A stretch of 64,000 nucleotides of DNA from the NCBI GenBank assembly GCA_945949395.1, contig CAMFEK010000006.1:2930-66929 (forward strand), written 5' to 3'. A program made the translations under genes and the position numbers. Below, piece after piece: positions 10,168 through 20,857 of this stretch; positions within the stretch are counted from its first letter, which is position 1; each line of letters opens with the position of its first letter. The notes under the pieces are model-generated. The model did not search any database and was not told where the DNA came from. It saw nothing but the letters and a program-made list of their open reading frames with translations. Origin of the DNA: an uncultured Clostridia bacterium (GTDB lineage Bacteria > Bacillota > Clostridia > Christensenellales > Borkfalkiaceae).

Positions 10168-11106
10168 ATGTCGATTTTCGTAAAAAAAATGTGCGTGCTC
10201 AAACAAATGAAGAACGGCTATTCTTCGGACGGCGGACCGCTATCGGGGCTGGTCAAGGCGGAGAGCTACGGCAACCGCCTCTGCTGCGAGGTGTCGCTCA
10301 TCAACTTCGCGCCCCTCTCCGAGGGGAATTACTGCCTGGTGCTTTCCGACAGGGCGGGGGAGACCTTTTCCTGTCCGCTCCGAAAAGAGGGGGGCAGGTG
10401 CGAGGCAAATTCCGCCATCGACCTGACGAAGGGGTTTCTCGCGGTCATCTGCTACGCGGATATACGGGAGTATCACGCGATCGCCTACGGGGTGAACGGG
10501 GAGAACGTATACGAGATAGGCTCCCTTCTTTTGAAGCTCTTCTCCTTCAAAAAGGAGACCTTCGTCTCCGCCGTTCCCGAAGAGGAGAGTGATAAAACGC
10601 AGGAAAACGACGCATATTATAATAAGGATAAGGAAACGGTGATTTCCGAGACGGAAAAAGAAGAAACGTACGACGACGACGCCGTCGCCGAGGAAAATTT
10701 TTACGGTTTTTCCACGGACGGAGAGAGAAAAGACAATCTGCTTTCCAACAGTATTTTGCGGGCGTTCAAGATTTGCGGCGGCGACACCTATTATCAGTCG
10801 GTGCGCAGCGAGCTGGACGATCTGTTTAACGAGAACCCGACGGACGAAACCTTAAAGGAGATTTTTCCCTATTCCCTTTGGGTAAAAATTCAGGACGGAA
10901 AGGACAAGGGTTGCCTCGTGGGGGTGATATCCGAGCATCTGACGGTGAAATACGTCTGCTACGCCGTAAAAAAGGAGGAGGGGCGTGAGCCGCCCAAACA
11001 TTCCTGTTTCGTGCCCAAGAGCTTTTTCGTCGGCGAGACGGAAGGATATTACGTGACCTTCCGCGACGCGGATACGGGAGAATACGCCGAAGTGAAGGGG
11101 TCTTGA
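10168..11106 (+). CDS. Hypothetical protein.
   Basis: 312-aa ORF with no recognisable motifs and an acidic middle region. Confidence 0.5.
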   Translation: MSIFVKKMCVLKQMKNGYSSDGGPLSGLVKAESYGNRLCCEVSLINFAPLSEGNYCLVLSDRAGETFSCPLRKEGGRCEANSAIDLTKGFLAVICYADIREYHAIAYGVNGENVYEIGSLLLKLFSFKKETFVSAVPEEESDKTQENDAYYNKDKETVISETEKEETYDDDAVAEENFYGFSTDGERKDNLLSNSILRAFKICGGDTYYQSVRSELDDLFNENPTDETLKEIFPYSLWVKIQDGKDKGCLVGVISEHLTVKYVCYAVKKEEGREPPKHSCFVPKSFFVGETEGYYVTFRDADTGEYAEVKGS

Positions 11107-11298
11107 GCTTTTTTCCAAGGTCGCCGTCGTGAAAATTAGGCGAAATAATACCCGCTATACCGTTTTTTTATTTTACATTTGACAATTTTTGTGATACTAT
11201 ATAATCGGAAGAAAAAAGTCTTCTTTTTTTTGATAATGTTTTAACGTTATTTGTCTCACAAGAAAAAATCAAATTTTTTAATATAAGGAGTAACAAAA

Positions 11299-12903
<1,605 letters not shown>

Positions 12904-12915
12904 ACGAAAGAAAAA

Positions 12916-12940
12916 AGCTATCTTCGGATAGCTTTTTTTG
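12916..12940 (+). terminator. Rho-independent terminator of pckA.
   Basis: Hairpin agctatc-ttcg-gatagct followed by tttttttg. Confidence 0.7.
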
Positions 12941-12948
12941 TTTGCCGC

Positions 12949-12977
12949 TTGACAGGCTCCCCTCTTTTTTCTATAAT
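12949..12977 (+). promoter_or_regulatory. Sigma-A type promoter for tcdA.
   Basis: TTGACA at 12949-12954, a 17-bp spacer, TATAAT at 12972-12977. RBS AAGAGG, then ATG at 13005. Confidence 0.6.
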
Positions 12978-13004
12978 GTATACAGAAAAATAAGAGGTCA
13001 ATCT

Positions 13005-13739
13005 ATGCAAGAAATCAATCGCTTTTCCCGCATGCAAGCGCTCTTCGGCGAGGAAAACATGGAAAAACTGAAAAATTCTCACGTCGCCGTGTTCGGCATC
13101 GGCGGGGTCGGCGGTTACGCCGCCGAGGCTCTCGCCCGTTCGGGCGTGGGGACGATCGAGATCGTCGACAACGACGAGGTGAGCCTGACGAATATCAATC
13201 GGCAGATCATCGCCCTCTCGAGCACGGTCGGTAAAAATAAGGTGGACGTTATCAAAGAGAGACTTCTCGATATCAATCCCGACAGCCGCGTGATCGCGCG
13301 CAAGGTGTTTTTTCTGCCCGAGACGGCAAACGAATTTGACTTTTCCAAATACGATTACGTCGTCGACGCCGTGGACACGGTAACGGCGAAACTTTCCATT
13401 ATCGAAGAGGCGACCCGCTATCATATTCCCGTCATCAGCAGTATGGGGACGGGCAACAAATGCAACCCCGCCGAGCTGAAAGTTGCCGACATCTACCAAA
13501 CGAAGGTCGACCCCCTCGCGAAGGTCATGCGAGCCGAGCTGAAAAAACGAAACGTGAAAAAATGCAAGGTGGTATACTCGGAGGAAAGCCCCATTCTCCC
13601 CCTTTTCCCCGTCGCGGATCAGAACAAACGCTCCGCCCCCGGCTCTACTGCCTTCGTCCCCCCTGTGGCAGGATTTCTGCTCGCGAGCGAGGTCGTTAAG
13701 GATCTCACCGACTTTTCCCCCAAGCGCAAGGGAGAGTGA
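13005..13739 (+). CDS. tcdA: tRNA threonylcarbamoyladenosine dehydratase (ThiF/MoeB-like E1 fold, TcdA/CsdL family).
   Basis: Rossmann motif VAVFGIGGVGGYAAEALARSGVG, with ThiF-family similarity throughout. The start is taken at ATG 13005 because it has both an RBS and a promoter. Confidence 0.75.
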   Translation: MQEINRFSRMQALFGEENMEKLKNSHVAVFGIGGVGGYAAEALARSGVGTIEIVDNDEVSLTNINRQIIALSSTVGKNKVDVIKERLLDINPDSRVIARKVFFLPETANEFDFSKYDYVVDAVDTVTAKLSIIEEATRYHIPVISSMGTGNKCNPAELKVADIYQTKVDPLAKVMRAELKKRNVKKCKVVYSEESPILPLFPVADQNKRSAPGSTAFVPPVAGFLLASEVVKDLTDFSPKRKGE

Positions 13740-13744
13740 TGCGC

Positions 13745-13760
13745 TTTTTCACGTGAAACA
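13745..13760. promoter_or_regulatory. parS-like site (15 of 16 matches to TGTTTCACGTGAAACA).
   Basis: The sequence is tttttcacgtgaaaca. The central CACGTG palindrome is perfect and there is one mismatch in the left arm. It lies about 1.2 kb from parB. Confidence 0.45.
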
Positions 13761-13796
13761 ATCGTAAGTTATTCACAATTCCCGTGGAAATGTTGA

Positions 13797-13838
13797 TAAA
13801 AATGCCGTTGCTTTGATTAGCAACGGCATTTTTTTATT
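13797..13838. terminator. Bidirectional rho-independent terminator between tcdA and the Sel1 gene.
   Basis: 13-bp perfect stem aaaatgccgttgc / gcaacggcatttt, flanked by A and T runs on both sides. Confidence 0.7.
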
Positions 13839-14901
13839 CTTCTTGCGGTTTTTCTTCCGCTATCGGTTGGGTAGCGGTCTTTTTTCTTCTCGTCGTCTTT
13901 TTAACGGGAGCGGGCTGTTCCCCTGCCGACTCTGCGGGCGTTTCCGCAGTCGGCTCGGACGTTTCTACGCTGACCTCTTTGGGTTGCGCCGTCTTTCTTC
14001 TCCTCGTCGCCTTTTTGACGGGAGCGGGCTGTTCCTCTGCCGTCTCGACGGGTTGAATTTCCAAGCTCTTGACCGATTCGATGGCGGCGTTTGCCGCTTC
14101 CTGCGCCGCTTCGGCGGCTTTCAATGCGGCGAGCGCGTCCGCTCTCTTCTTTTCGTCCCATGCCGCCTGCACGCGGGGAACCGCCTGAATGGCTTGCGGA
14201 ACGCCTTGCTTGGCGGCGATCTTATACCAACCGAGCGCCTGTTCGAGATCCTTCTCCTTGCCGATTTTTCCGTTTTCGTAGATATCCGCCAAGGTGAGCT
14301 GCGCGAGCGCGTACCCGTTCATGGCGGAGACGGTGAACCAACTGATGGCGTCGTCGAAATTTCCGCCCAAGCCCTCGCCGTTGGCGTAGCAACAGCCGAG
14401 GTTGTACTGTGCGGCGATATGACCTTCGCGCGCGGCGTAGGTGAACCATTCCGCGGCGTCTGCAAAATCGCTCGTGCAGCCGACGCCGTGATAATAGTAA
14501 GTTCCGAGCATAAATTCCGCCTCGACGAAACCGGATTCCGCCGACTGTTTCATGTAGCTGAACGCCTTTTCGGGATTCGCCTTTACGCCGAGTCCCTTTT
14601 CGTAGCAGATCGCGAGATTGAACTTCGCTCTCACGTCGCCCGCGAACGCCGCCTTCTTGAAGAGAGATACGGCTTTTTCATTGCTCTGTTTCACGCCTTG
14701 ACCGTTCATGTAGAGAATCGCGAGGTTCCCCATTGCGCCCGTGCCGCCAAGCTCGACCGCCAAATTGTACCATTCGACGCCTTCCGCGAAGTCGTTATTC
14801 TCGCAGGCGGTCTTGCCTCTTTGAAAACATTCCTCGGCGTCCATTTCCACGGACGCGTTATAGGCGATGCCCCTTCTTTTATCTATTTTGAGTTTTTCCA
14901 T
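13834..14901 (-). CDS. Sel1-repeat (TPR-like) protein with a basic, Pro/Lys-rich repetitive C-terminus.
   Basis: Multiple Sel1-like repeats (e.g. AQYNLGCCYANGEGL). The C-terminal EQPAPVKK(A/T)TRR(R/K)KTA motif appears twice. A strong promoter lies upstream. Confidence 0.75.
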   Translation of the reverse strand: MEKLKIDKRRGIAYNASVEMDAEECFQRGKTACENNDFAEGVEWYNLAVELGGTGAMGNLAILYMNGQGVKQSNEKAVSLFKKAAFAGDVRAKFNLAICYEKGLGVKANPEKAFSYMKQSAESGFVEAEFMLGTYYYHGVGCTSDFADAAEWFTYAAREGHIAAQYNLGCCYANGEGLGGNFDDAISWFTVSAMNGYALAQLTLADIYENGKIGKEKDLEQALGWYKIAAKQGVPQAIQAVPRVQAAWDEKKRADALAALKAAEAAQEAANAAIESVKSLEIQPVETAEEQPAPVKKATRRRKTAQPKEVSVETSEPTAETPAESAGEQPAPVKKTTRRKKTATQPIAEEKPQEE

Positions 14902-14930
14902 TCTGAATTTCCTATTCTTTATTTTCTTCT

Positions 14931-14960
14931 ATTATACCAAATAACCTTTCTTGCTGTCAA
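14931..14960 (-). promoter_or_regulatory. Promoter for the Sel1-repeat gene.
   Basis: On the minus strand: TTGACA, an 18-bp spacer, then TGgTATAAT (extended -10). Confidence 0.55.
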
Positions 14961-14975
14961 CCTATCTTTCTTTCC

Positions 14976-15869
14976 TTATTCTTCCTTATTGATGATGTCG
15001 AGAATTTCGGAAAGTCTGTCTAAATCGTCCGCGGTATAATAATCGATATAGATTCTGCCCTTCTTTTCGTTGCCGATGAGGGAAACCTTCGTGCCGAAGG
15101 TCGTGCGCATTCTTTCGATGAAGTGTTTGAGTTCGAAACTCGTCTTGGCGAGCTGTTCGTCCTTCTTCTTCTTTAAGACTTCGGGGGGATTGAGCTTTTC
15201 CTTCACCTTCTGTTCCAACACGCGGACGGAATAACCGTTCTTCACCGCCTCGATAGCGAGGGGCAGCTGCAATTCTTCGGGTACGGGAACGAGCGCTCTC
15301 GCGTGACCGGAAGAGAGCTTTCCCTCCCGCACGAGGGCGATGACCTCTTCGCTCAATGAGAGAAGTCTTAAAGTATTCGCGATAGCGGGGCGGGACTTGC
15401 CGATCTTGCTCGCGAGCTCCTCCTGCGTCAAGGCGTATTCGTCCATGAGCCTCTTCATTGCCGTCGCCGCTTCGATGGGATTGAGATCCTCTCTCTGCAA
15501 ATTTTCGATCAAAGAGATCTCTTCCACTTCCCGTTCCGTGTAATCCTTTACGACGGCGGGAATCGAGGTGAGTCCTGCGAGAATGGACGCGCGGTATCTT
15601 CTTTCCCCCGCGATGATCATGAACTTGCCGTCCTTTTCCTTGTTGACGACGATGGGCATGATCACCCCGTGTTCTTTGATGGAGGTGGCGAGCTCGTCAA
15701 GCGCCGCCTTATCGAAATTCTTTCTCGGCTGATTCGGATTCGCTATTATTTTATCGATATCTATCTCATTTACTTCTTTGTTGACGACGACCTCTTCGGT
15801 TGCCTGTTCGTACGCTTCTTCCGTATCGGAAAAGAGAGCGGATAAACCTTTACCTAAACCTTTTGCCAT
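14976..15869 (-). CDS. parB: Chromosome partitioning protein ParB/Spo0J.
   Basis: ParB N-terminal box (IIAGERRYRA) and HTH (QEELASKIGKSRPAIANTLRLL). Directly downstream of parA. Confidence 0.93.
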   Translation of the reverse strand: MAKGLGKGLSALFSDTEEAYEQATEEVVVNKEVNEIDIDKIIANPNQPRKNFDKAALDELATSIKEHGVIMPIVVNKEKDGKFMIIAGERRYRASILAGLTSIPAVVKDYTEREVEEISLIENLQREDLNPIEAATAMKRLMDEYALTQEELASKIGKSRPAIANTLRLLSLSEEVIALVREGKLSSGHARALVPVPEELQLPLAIEAVKNGYSVRVLEQKVKEKLNPPEVLKKKKDEQLAKTSFELKHFIERMRTTFGTKVSLIGNEKKGRIYIDYYTADDLDRLSEILDIINKEE

Positions 15870-15870
15870 G

Positions 15871-16647
15871 TTACTTATTCTCCTTTTCTTCTCTGCGTAA
15901 AAATTCTTCGGTCAGCGCCTGATAAGCTCTTGCGCCGTTACTCTTGGGATCGTGCAATAAAATGGGTTTTCCGTGGCTGGGCGCTTCGGAAAGGCGGATA
16001 TTGCGGGGAATGACGATCTCGAACACCTTATTCTTGAAGAATCTCTTGATCTCTTCTGCAATCTGACGCGAAATGAGGGCGCGGCTATCGTACATGGTGA
16101 GCACTACCCCCTCGAGTTCGAGTTCGCGGTTGAAATGTTTCTTGACGAGATTGATGGTATTGATGAGCTGGCTCAACCCTTCCATCGCGTAAAATTCGCT
16201 CTGAATGGGAATGATGACCGCATTCGCGCAGACCAGGGCGTTCACCGTCAAAAGACCCAAAGAGGGCGGGCAATCGATAAAGATATAATCGTACTTGCCC
16301 TTGATTTCGGCAAAGGCGTTCTTCATCACCTGTTCGCGGTTCTTTTTCAAGACAAGTTCCACTTCCGCGCCTGCCAAATCGATATTTGCGGGCAGAATGT
16401 CGAGGTTTTCCACCGCCGTGGATAAGATATTGTCCTTTGCGGGTTCATCGTTGATGATGACGCCGTAAACGGACTTTTTGATAGCGGATTTCTCAAAGCC
16501 CAAGCCCGTCGTGGCGTTTCCCTGCGGGTCGATATCCACGAGCAACACTTTTTTACCGGCGGCAGCCGTGTAGGCGGCGACGTTGACGCACGTCGTCGTC
16601 TTGCCTACACCGCCCTTTTGATTCGAAAAAGCTATAATTTTTCCCAT
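15871..16647 (-). CDS. parA: Chromosome partitioning ATPase ParA/Soj.
   Basis: Deviant Walker A (KGGVGKTT) and ParA family motifs. It ends 1 bp from parB. Confidence 0.93.
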   Translation of the reverse strand: MGKIIAFSNQKGGVGKTTTCVNVAAYTAAAGKKVLLVDIDPQGNATTGLGFEKSAIKKSVYGVIINDEPAKDNILSTAVENLDILPANIDLAGAEVELVLKKNREQVMKNAFAEIKGKYDYIFIDCPPSLGLLTVNALVCANAVIIPIQSEFYAMEGLSQLINTINLVKKHFNRELELEGVVLTMYDSRALISRQIAEEIKRFFKNKVFEIVIPRNIRLSEAPSHGKPILLHDPKSNGARAYQALTEEFLRREEKENK

Positions 16648-16670
16648 AATACTCTCACCTTTTTCTTTTG

Positions 16671-18611
16671 TTATTTTTCAAAGCGGGTAAAAGGATTTTC
16701 CTCCGCTTTTTTATCCTGTTCGTTCATAAATTCGATGACTTCCTCATAGGTCTTGCCCTGCATGAGGAGATCGACTTCTTCCGTATAGATGGTTTCCTTT
16801 TCCACGAGTGTGCGCGCCATGTTGTCCAGAATACTTCTGTTTTCCGTGAGAAGTTTCACCGCTCTCTCGTGCGCCTCGTCTACGATCGTGCGAATCTCTT
16901 CGTCGATCGCGTTTGCCGTCTCTTCCGAATAGATCTTTTTGCTCTCGTAGTTTCTGCCGATAAACACGGGCGCGTCGTCGCTGTAAGCAACGAGTCCGAG
17001 TTTCTTGCTCATACCCCATTGCGTGATCATCTTTCTCGCAAGGTCGGTCACCTTCTGTAAGTCGTTGCTCGCGCCCGTCGTGACGTCCTGAATGACGATC
17101 TCTTCCGCTGCGCGTCCGCCGAGGATCATGCAGATCATATCCTTGATCTTATTGACGGACACGTCGTTGTCGTCCGAATCGGGACGGGTCATCGTGTAGC
17201 CCGCCGCATTTCCGCGGGGAATAATGGATACTTCGTGTACGGGATCGCAATGCGGGCAGAGCTTTGCCAAAATGGCGTGACCGGATTCGTGATACGCCGT
17301 GCAACGCTTGTCGGATTCCGTCACCACTCTGCTCTTCTTTTGAGGTCCCATCAACACCTTGTTGATACCCTCGTAAAGCTCGATGTTGCCGATAAACTGT
17401 TTGCCTTTTCTCGCAGCTAATATCGCCGCCTCGTTCAAGAGGTTGGCAAGGTCTGCTCCCGAGAATCCGCTCGTCATTCTCGCAACCGTCTTAAAGTTGA
17501 CGTCGGGAGCGAGCGGTTTATTTCTTGCATGAACTTTCAAAATAGCCTCTCTGCCCTTCACGTCGGGGAGGTTGACGTAGACTTGACGGTCGAATCTTCC
17601 AGGTCTCATCAACGCGGGGTCGAGAATGTCCGCACGGTTGGTCGCCGCCATCACGATGACGCCGTCGTTGCCTTCAAAGCCGTCCATCTGAACCAAAATC
17701 TGATTTAAGGTTTGTTCTCTCTCGTCGTTGCCACCGCCGAGCCCTGCGCCTCTCTGTCTGCCCACCGCGTCGATTTCATCGATAAAAATGATGCAGGGCG
17801 CGTTCTTCTTCGCGTTTTCAAATAAATCTCTGACACGGGAGGCACCGACGCCGACGAACATCTCTACGAAGTCGCTCCCCGACGCCGAGAAGAAGGGAAC
17901 TTCCGCCTCTCCCGCTACGGCTTTTGCAAACAGGGTTTTACCCGTTCCAGGAGGACCTACGAGGAGCACCCCCTTCGGCGTTCTCGCGCCGAGCGTGTTA
18001 AACTTTTTGGGATTTTTTAAGAAGTCTACGATTTCCGCGAGTTCTTCTTTTTCTTCTTCTGCTCCCGCTACGTCGGAAAAGCGTACTTTAATGTTCGTCG
18101 TGGCACGGGCTTTGCTCTTGGCAAAGGTATTCGTTTTGGCTCCCGCTCCCATGCTCTGCCGCATGATGAAGATGAACGCGATACCGATGAGAATGATCAC
18201 GCCGAAGTACATCACTTCGCTCCACACGCTGCCCGAATTCGGGTCAGCCATCGTGATATCCACGCCGCCATCCGCCCATTCTTCCACGATGGCTCCGTTG
18301 CTGTAAAGGGAGAAACTTACCGTCGTATACGTTTTGGCTCCCTTTCCGTCCGCCGACCAAACGGTACCCGTGAGTTTGTAGCCGTTCACGGTGATCGATT
18401 TGATCTCGTCGCCCTCTATCGCCACCGTTCCCTTTTTACCGTCCAACACGCCGTCCTCTAAATCGTCGACGTAATTTTGAACGTAGGAACGGAAAGTCGA
18501 ATAGCTTACAGAATTCGTTTGCCCGATCATCGTCGTTGCAAATAGATAGGCAAGTCCGCCGATGAGCAAAACAATTACAATCCCGAGGATCGTTTTTGCT
18601 GTCTTATTCAA
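16671..18611 (-). CDS. ftsH: ATP-dependent zinc metalloprotease FtsH.
   Basis: Two N-terminal TM segments, AAA module (GPPGTGKT), zinc-binding HESGHA motif. Confidence 0.95.
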   Translation of the reverse strand: MNKTAKTILGIVIVLLIGGLAYLFATTMIGQTNSVSYSTFRSYVQNYVDDLEDGVLDGKKGTVAIEGDEIKSITVNGYKLTGTVWSADGKGAKTYTTVSFSLYSNGAIVEEWADGGVDITMADPNSGSVWSEVMYFGVIILIGIAFIFIMRQSMGAGAKTNTFAKSKARATTNIKVRFSDVAGAEEEKEELAEIVDFLKNPKKFNTLGARTPKGVLLVGPPGTGKTLFAKAVAGEAEVPFFSASGSDFVEMFVGVGASRVRDLFENAKKNAPCIIFIDEIDAVGRQRGAGLGGGNDEREQTLNQILVQMDGFEGNDGVIVMAATNRADILDPALMRPGRFDRQVYVNLPDVKGREAILKVHARNKPLAPDVNFKTVARMTSGFSGADLANLLNEAAILAARKGKQFIGNIELYEGINKVLMGPQKKSRVVTESDKRCTAYHESGHAILAKLCPHCDPVHEVSIIPRGNAAGYTMTRPDSDDNDVSVNKIKDMICMILGGRAAEEIVIQDVTTGASNDLQKVTDLARKMITQWGMSKKLGLVAYSDDAPVFIGRNYESKKIYSEETANAIDEEIRTIVDEAHERAVKLLTENRSILDNMARTLVEKETIYTEEVDLLMQGKTYEEVIEFMNEQDKKAEENPFTRFEK

Positions 18612-18637
18612 TTTCGTCTCCTTATTGATAAGGTGAT

Positions 18638-18653
18638 TGTTTCACATGAAACA
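18638..18653. promoter_or_regulatory. parS site 1 (tgtttcacatgaaaca).
   Basis: 15 of 16 matches to the Firmicutes parS consensus TGTTTCACGTGAAACA. Immediately upstream of ftsH. Confidence 0.6.
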
Positions 18654-18835
18654 TTTCACGTGTCACGTCGCCCTATCTATATTTAATACCTTGTTATTTT
18701 ATCATAGTTTGCCCAAAAACACAAGTATTTAACAGGAAGTTTCCCCGTAATTTCATCTTTTCTTTCAATTTTCACAAAAAGAAGTATTTTTAAGGGGGTG
18801 CAAGCGAAAAATACCCTATTTTTTGGTAAAAAAAT

Positions 18836-18851
18836 TGTTTCACATGAAACC
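18836..18851. promoter_or_regulatory. parS site 2 (tgtttcacatgaaacc).
   Basis: 14 of 16 matches to the parS consensus. Confidence 0.55.
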
Positions 18852-18867
18852 TTCGGAATTTTTTTGG

Positions 18868-18883
18868 AAAATTCGGTGTTTCA
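18868..18883. promoter_or_regulatory. parS site 3 (tgtttcacgtgaaaca, perfect consensus).
   Basis: Perfect 16-bp palindrome identical to the B. subtilis-type parS consensus. It is 32 bp from site 2. Confidence 0.75.
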
Positions 18884-18906
18884 CGTGAAACATGAGGTGC
18901 TGATTT

Positions 18907-19671
18907 TTACTGAATCGTCACTAAATCGGTGAGCTGTTTGATGGAATCTTTGAGCCAATCGGTGGAAACGATCCAGTTGATGAGATATCCCAAAAGGTTA
19001 TTGTTATAGAGATAGTTCATGACTGTCGTCTGCGCGATAAAATCGGTTATCGTCGCGATCGGGAAAAGTGCCGCGAGGAATAAAAGACAGTATACGAAAA
19101 ACAATCCTTCCGCCGCACCGAGAATAAATCCCAAAAGAGAATTGAGCGAACGGACGCCGGGAATGTTTCGGATAGCCTCGCCGAACGTCTTATTCAAGAT
19201 GATGCAAATAATCTTGATCACTAAGAAGATCCCGAAGAAAGACAGTACTAAAAGAGCCATGTTCGCCACGACGGGAGCGATGAGCTGAGCGGGCGTGGTT
19301 CCCGCGACGACCGTCTCCCCTGCAAGAGCCTCCACGATGAGTTTCACGACGAAAGCGGGCACGTTTGCGGCGGTTAACGATTGCTCCACGTTATTTTCGA
19401 TGGGCACGGCGAACGCGGGAATTTTGGAAATCAATCCCGTGAAACCGTCGGTAAATTTATCGAGCAGCCCGAACCAGTTTTGTAAAGAGTTTGCCATCGT
19501 CCTGCAAAAGACGAAGGCGAGCACGATGGAAAGAACGGTTCCCACGAATCCGATGAGGCAACGGAAAAATCCCTTGTAGGCTGCGATGATAGCAAATATT
19601 AAGATGATAGCGATTAGAACGATGTCGCCGATGAGTGACGGCGTAACTTCAAAAGCTGCGTCTAATAACAT
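18907..19671 (-). CDS. CvpA-family membrane protein.
   Basis: 254 aa, multi-TM, with a CvpA-like N-terminal helix pattern. Confidence 0.6.
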   Translation of the reverse strand: MLLDAAFEVTPSLIGDIVLIAIILIFAIIAAYKGFFRCLIGFVGTVLSIVLAFVFCRTMANSLQNWFGLLDKFTDGFTGLISKIPAFAVPIENNVEQSLTAANVPAFVVKLIVEALAGETVVAGTTPAQLIAPVVANMALLVLSFFGIFLVIKIICIILNKTFGEAIRNIPGVRSLNSLLGFILGAAEGLFFVYCLLFLAALFPIATITDFIAQTTVMNYLYNNNLLGYLINWIVSTDWLKDSIKQLTDLVTIQ

Positions 19672-19792
19672 AAAAATCCTCCTTGATTTGATATCATTAT
19701 TATACCATAGTAAGAAATTTTCATCAAGTATTTTTTATAATTTGTTATAAAATTTAACCAACCCGTCAATGCTTTGACACGGGAGAAATAAA

Positions 19793-20317
19793 ATGTCAAG
19801 TTATCAGTTTCATTTTCGCAATCGTTACGCAAAAGACGGCATCGCCCTCGTCATGCAAAGATACTTAAACGGAAAAAAGCCCGTCATCGTGTGCGTCGGC
19901 ACCGATCTGATCGCGGGAGACTCGCTCGGTCCGACGGCGGGCACGCTGATCAAAGACGCGAACGCAAAATGCGTCGTCATCGGCTCGCTTAAAAACACGG
20001 TCACGGCGAAAGAAATCAAATATCTCAATTATTTCTTAAAGGCGACCTTTCCGAATCATCCCGTCGTCGTGATCGACGCCGCCGTGGGCGCGCAGGACGA
20101 GGTCGGTCTCATTCGTTTGAGCGACGCACCGCTATATCCCGGGAGCGGTATCAAAAAGAAACTCGGGAGCCTTGGCGATATCAGCATTCAGGGAATCGTA
20201 GCCGAGAGAGGGCTCTTATCCTTGCAGGCGCTCAAAGAAGTAAGGTTTCACATGATATACGAGATGGCAAAGCACATCGCGGAGGGCGTGTCCTCTTATC
20301 AATGGAATAATTGTTAA
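19793..20317 (+). CDS. yyaC: Sporulation protein YyaC (DUF1256, putative spore protease).
   Basis: 174 aa with the YyaC-family pattern (VCVGTDLIAGDSLGP...VVVIDAAVG). The origin-proximal position matches the Bacillus yyaC locus. Confidence 0.7.
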   Translation: MSSYQFHFRNRYAKDGIALVMQRYLNGKKPVIVCVGTDLIAGDSLGPTAGTLIKDANAKCVVIGSLKNTVTAKEIKYLNYFLKATFPNHPVVVIDAAVGAQDEVGLIRLSDAPLYPGSGIKKKLGSLGDISIQGIVAERGLLSLQALKEVRFHMIYEMAKHIAEGVSSYQWNNC

Positions 20318-20448
20318 AAAGAAACAAAAATTAAAAAGAAACCACAATACGCAAAAAAATCTTTTACGGCTTATTTTTTATTGACAAAAAGTCCGAAAAA
20401 GCATTACAATAAAGATGCAAATCATATTATAAGAAGGAGATAAAACCT

Positions 20449-20685
20449 ATGAAGAAAATCATTTGTAAAATCGAATATGATACAGATACTATGACGCTCG
20501 TCAACAAGACGGTTGTCGGCAAATTCGGCGACGAAGACGGATACGAAGAATCCTTGTATCAGAACGCAAAGGGAACCTACTTCCTTTACACGAACGGCGG
20601 CGCTGCTTCCAAATATCCCAAGGAAGATTTGAAGAGAATGACCGCAGATAAGGCAAAAGCATATTTGGCTGCTCTCAACAAGTAA
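20449..20685 (+). CDS. Small hypothetical protein.
   Basis: 78 aa. Good RBS (AAGGAGATAAAACCTATG) and its own terminator. Confidence 0.55.
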   Translation: MKKIICKIEYDTDTMTLVNKTVVGKFGDEDGYEESLYQNAKGTYFLYTNGGAASKYPKEDLKRMTADKAKAYLAALNK

Positions 20686-20694
20686 CAGACGAAG

Positions 20695-20732
20695 AAAACT
20701 GTTCGGACAAAACCGAACGGTTTTTCTTTTTG
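20695..20732 (+). terminator. Rho-independent terminator.
   Basis: Hairpin aaaactgttcgg-acaaaa-ccgaacggtttt followed by tctttttg. Confidence 0.65.
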
Positions 20733-20857
20733 CGCGATTCTTTCGTTTTCCACCTTCTATTCACCTTTCGTGGATAACGCGATAAGCGCCTTCATAAAGT
20801 TAATATATTAACTATAATGAAAGAAGAAATAAAGCGGAGAGTTTCTCCGCTTTTCTT

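Noticed and set aside
10191-10592. 133-aa plus-strand ORF overlapping the start of the 10168-11106 gene.
   Set aside because: It is an alternative frame inside a longer ORF. The composition is Arg/Gly-rich and there is no independent start signal.
18638-18893. Initially considered the 14-bp palindromes GTTTCAC(A/G)TGAAAC as CodY, Rex or CIRCE operator sites.
   Set aside because: The full 16-mers match the ParB parS consensus TGTTTCACGTGAAACA far better, and their location next to parAB and oriC supports parS.
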